Source of the DNA: a virus
Taxonomy: Duplodnaviria > Heunggongvirae > Uroviricota > Caudoviricetes
Strand: one strand, 5' to 3'
Length of the DNA stretch: 18,904 nt
IMG/VR virus record: IMGVR_UViG_3300035670_007376
Span: 1-18,904 of that record
Each line of letters begins with the position of its first letter. Positions within the stretch are counted from its first letter, which is position 1. Of this stretch, positions 17,638 through 18,904 are shown piece after piece. The notes beneath the pieces are model-generated. The model did no database searches. It saw only the letters and a program-made list of their open reading frames with translations, and was not told where the DNA came from. The position numbers and the translations under genes were made by a program.

Positions 17638-18192
17638 ATGAGTTATAAAGATAAAAAATGGGATGAGTGGAATGTATCATATCTAAAAACATTTGGATGT
17701 GAGGTACCCATATTTACACCATCAATTTATAGAGAATATCGAGGTGAAATATTTTCAACATTTCATTCTGAAAAACATCCCGTTTTAAATAATATTCATC
17801 ACGACATTAATGATATTAATTTCCACACCAAATTCTCCAAATCACACAAAGGAGTTTTAAGAGGTTTACATTACGATAATAAAAGTTGGAAATTGATACA
17901 AGCAATTGTCGGAGAAATTTATTTGGTGGTATTGGATAATCGAGCCTTTTCATCCACTCGCGGTAAATGGGAATCTTATTTATTGTCAGATAAAACAAGA
18001 GACCAAGTTTTAATACCACCAGGGTTTGCCAATGGACATTATGCCGTTACCGATTGTATGTTTTATTACAATTATTTTTATGTTGGTGATTATGTTGACG
18101 AACATCAACAAGGTGTAATTAAGTGGAATAACCCCGAGTATAATATAGAATGGCCAACAGATAACCCAATTTTACAAAAAAGAGACAGATGA
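17638..18192 (+). CDS. RmlC-family NDP-4-keto-6-deoxysugar 3(,5)-epimerase (resembles heptose epimerase DdahB/MlghB)
   Basis: YRGEIF, SKSHKGVLRGLH, VLIPPGFANGH, W...IEWPTDNPIL..RD. LHYDNKSWKL and RGEI resemble Cj1430-type enzymes (IHGD.K..KL, RGEI) more than classical RmlC (LHYQ, RGFF). Confidence 0.85.
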   Translation: MSYKDKKWDEWNVSYLKTFGCEVPIFTPSIYREYRGEIFSTFHSEKHPVLNNIHHDINDINFHTKFSKSHKGVLRGLHYDNKSWKLIQAIVGEIYLVVLDNRAFSSTRGKWESYLLSDKTRDQVLIPPGFANGHYAVTDCMFYYNYFYVGDYVDEHQQGVIKWNNPEYNIEWPTDNPILQKRDR

Positions 18193-18818
18193 TAAAAAAT
18201 TTAGAACAATACCCAATAGTTAATCAACCATTATGGGACACCCATGGTTTAATTGGATTTGAGAAAAAAATAGCTGACCATTGGGAAGCCGGTAGAATTC
18301 GTGGTCCCGTTCATTTGAGTGGTGGTAACGAAGAACATTTAATTGAAATTTTTAGACGAATTAAAAAGAGTGATTGGGTTTTTTCTACTTGGAGGTCACA
18401 TTACCACGCATTATTAAAAGGTTTACCGTCTGAGTGGTTAGAACAAGAAATATTGGAAGGTAGGTCTATCACCATAATAAACAAAGAAGAGAGGTTTTAT
18501 AGTTCGGCCATTGTTGGTGGTATAATACCTATTGCAGTTGGTGTTGCAATTGCAAATAAACGAGATGACAAAGATGACGTTGTGTGGTGTTTTGTTGGTG
18601 ATATGACATTTGAAACGGGAACCTTTATGGAAAATTATAAGTACGTTAAGAATTTTAATTTACCAATAAGATTTGTTGTAGAAGACAACGGAGTTTCAAC
18701 AAATACACCAACAATTGAAACGTGGAATAAAAAATCCGAAATACCAAGTGATGTTGTTTATTATGATTATGAAAAACAATGGCCACATTATGGTACAGGA
18801 AAATGGGTAGTATTTTAA
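18189..18818 (+). CDS. Short ThDP-dependent dehydrogenase E1 alpha-like subunit
   Basis: RGPVHLSGGNE, DWVFSTWRSHYHALLKG, SAIVGGIIPIAVG, and ThDP/Mg motif FVGDMTFETG...FVVEDN. Only 209 aa. Confidence 0.85.
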   Translation: MIKNLEQYPIVNQPLWDTHGLIGFEKKIADHWEAGRIRGPVHLSGGNEEHLIEIFRRIKKSDWVFSTWRSHYHALLKGLPSEWLEQEILEGRSITIINKEERFYSSAIVGGIIPIAVGVAIANKRDDKDDVVWCFVGDMTFETGTFMENYKYVKNFNLPIRFVVEDNGVSTNTPTIETWNKKSEIPSDVVYYDYEKQWPHYGTGKWVVF

Positions 18819-18820
18819 TT

Positions 18821-18904
18821 ATGAAAAAAATATTAGTACTTGGAGGAGGAGGATTTATTGGAGGACATCTTTCAAAAAAACTCAAAGAAGATGGACATTT
18901 TGTG
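18821..18904 (+). CDS. NAD-dependent epimerase/dehydratase N-terminus (GDP-mannose 3,5-epimerase-like), 3'-truncated
   Basis: Not in the ORF track. ATG at 18821 reads MKKILVLGGGGFIGGHLSKKLKEDGHFV, a Rossmann GxxGxxG motif open to the window end. Confidence 0.75.
   Translation, partial: MKKILVLGGGGFIGGHLSKKLKEDGHFV

Noticed and set aside
3421-18019. Nested + strand ORFs 3421-3606, 7007-7237, 14729-15001, 17816-18019
   Set aside because: Out-of-frame ORFs inside motif-bearing genes, with no evidence of being coding.
17638-18192. Classical dTDP-L-rhamnose (rml) pathway
   Set aside because: No RmlA/RmlB/RmlD-like genes in the window. The dehydratase is GDP-type and the epimerase motifs deviate from RmlC.
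18189-18818. Central-metabolism pyruvate dehydrogenase
   Set aside because: Too short, no adjacent beta/E2/E3 genes, and embedded among sugar genes. Not excluded without the flanking sequence.
18842-18853. GGAGGAGGAGGA as a Shine-Dalgarno site or microsatellite
   Set aside because: It encodes GGGG of the Rossmann motif in the 18821 CDS.
41-18885. Minus-strand ORFs in the track (e.g. 41-295, 1659-2003, 5101-5292, 7590-7853, 11640-11858, 13069-13380, 18655-18885)
   Set aside because: Short antisense shadows of well-supported + strand genes, with no recognisable motifs.
1-18904. Stop-codon reassignment as in some large phages
   Set aside because: TAA, TAG (480, 6833, 14471) and TGA (e.g. 1282, 7866, 11324) all end genes at tight junctions, and code 11 gives near-complete coding density.
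1-18904. CRISPR arrays, tRNA/rRNA, IS elements or long direct repeats
   Set aside because: No non-coding stretch exceeds 64 nt, and I saw no periodic repeats or transposase/integrase motifs by eye.

Overview
An AT-rich window (roughly 25-30% GC by eye, not computed) filled by 21 same-strand (+), tightly abutting or overlapping genes, two of them truncated at the edges. Only two real intergenic gaps exist (5594-5657, 11325-11355). Nearly every recognisable gene points to glycan chemistry. Precursor enzymes: a UDP-glucose/GDP-mannose dehydrogenase-family enzyme, a ColD/RfbH-type PLP C3-dehydratase, a Gmd/DmhA-type 4,6-dehydratase, an RmlC-fold epimerase, four further NDP-sugar SDR domains and a short ThDP-dependent E1-alpha-like subunit. 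Putative transferases: five paralogous proteins with N-x-x-x-x-x-H-R and (T/S)EK motifs resembling GT10 fucosyltransferases, plus a DUF5672-like protein. Putative tailoring enzymes: four SGNH-like hydrolases/acyltransferases, an amidinotransferase and a 2OG-Fe(II) oxygenase. One 135-aa helical protein has no known function. I see no flippase, polymerase, ABC exporter, transmembrane segment or signal peptide, and no Shine-Dalgarno motifs. My best reading (inference; the window has no hallmark viral gene) is a cytoplasmic glycan biosynthesis and tailoring cluster from a large dsDNA phage or similar element. It may make an unusual GDP-linked deoxy-heptose or branched sugar. No rRNA, tRNA, CRISPR or mobile element was seen. 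All family calls come from motif recognition, not database searches.
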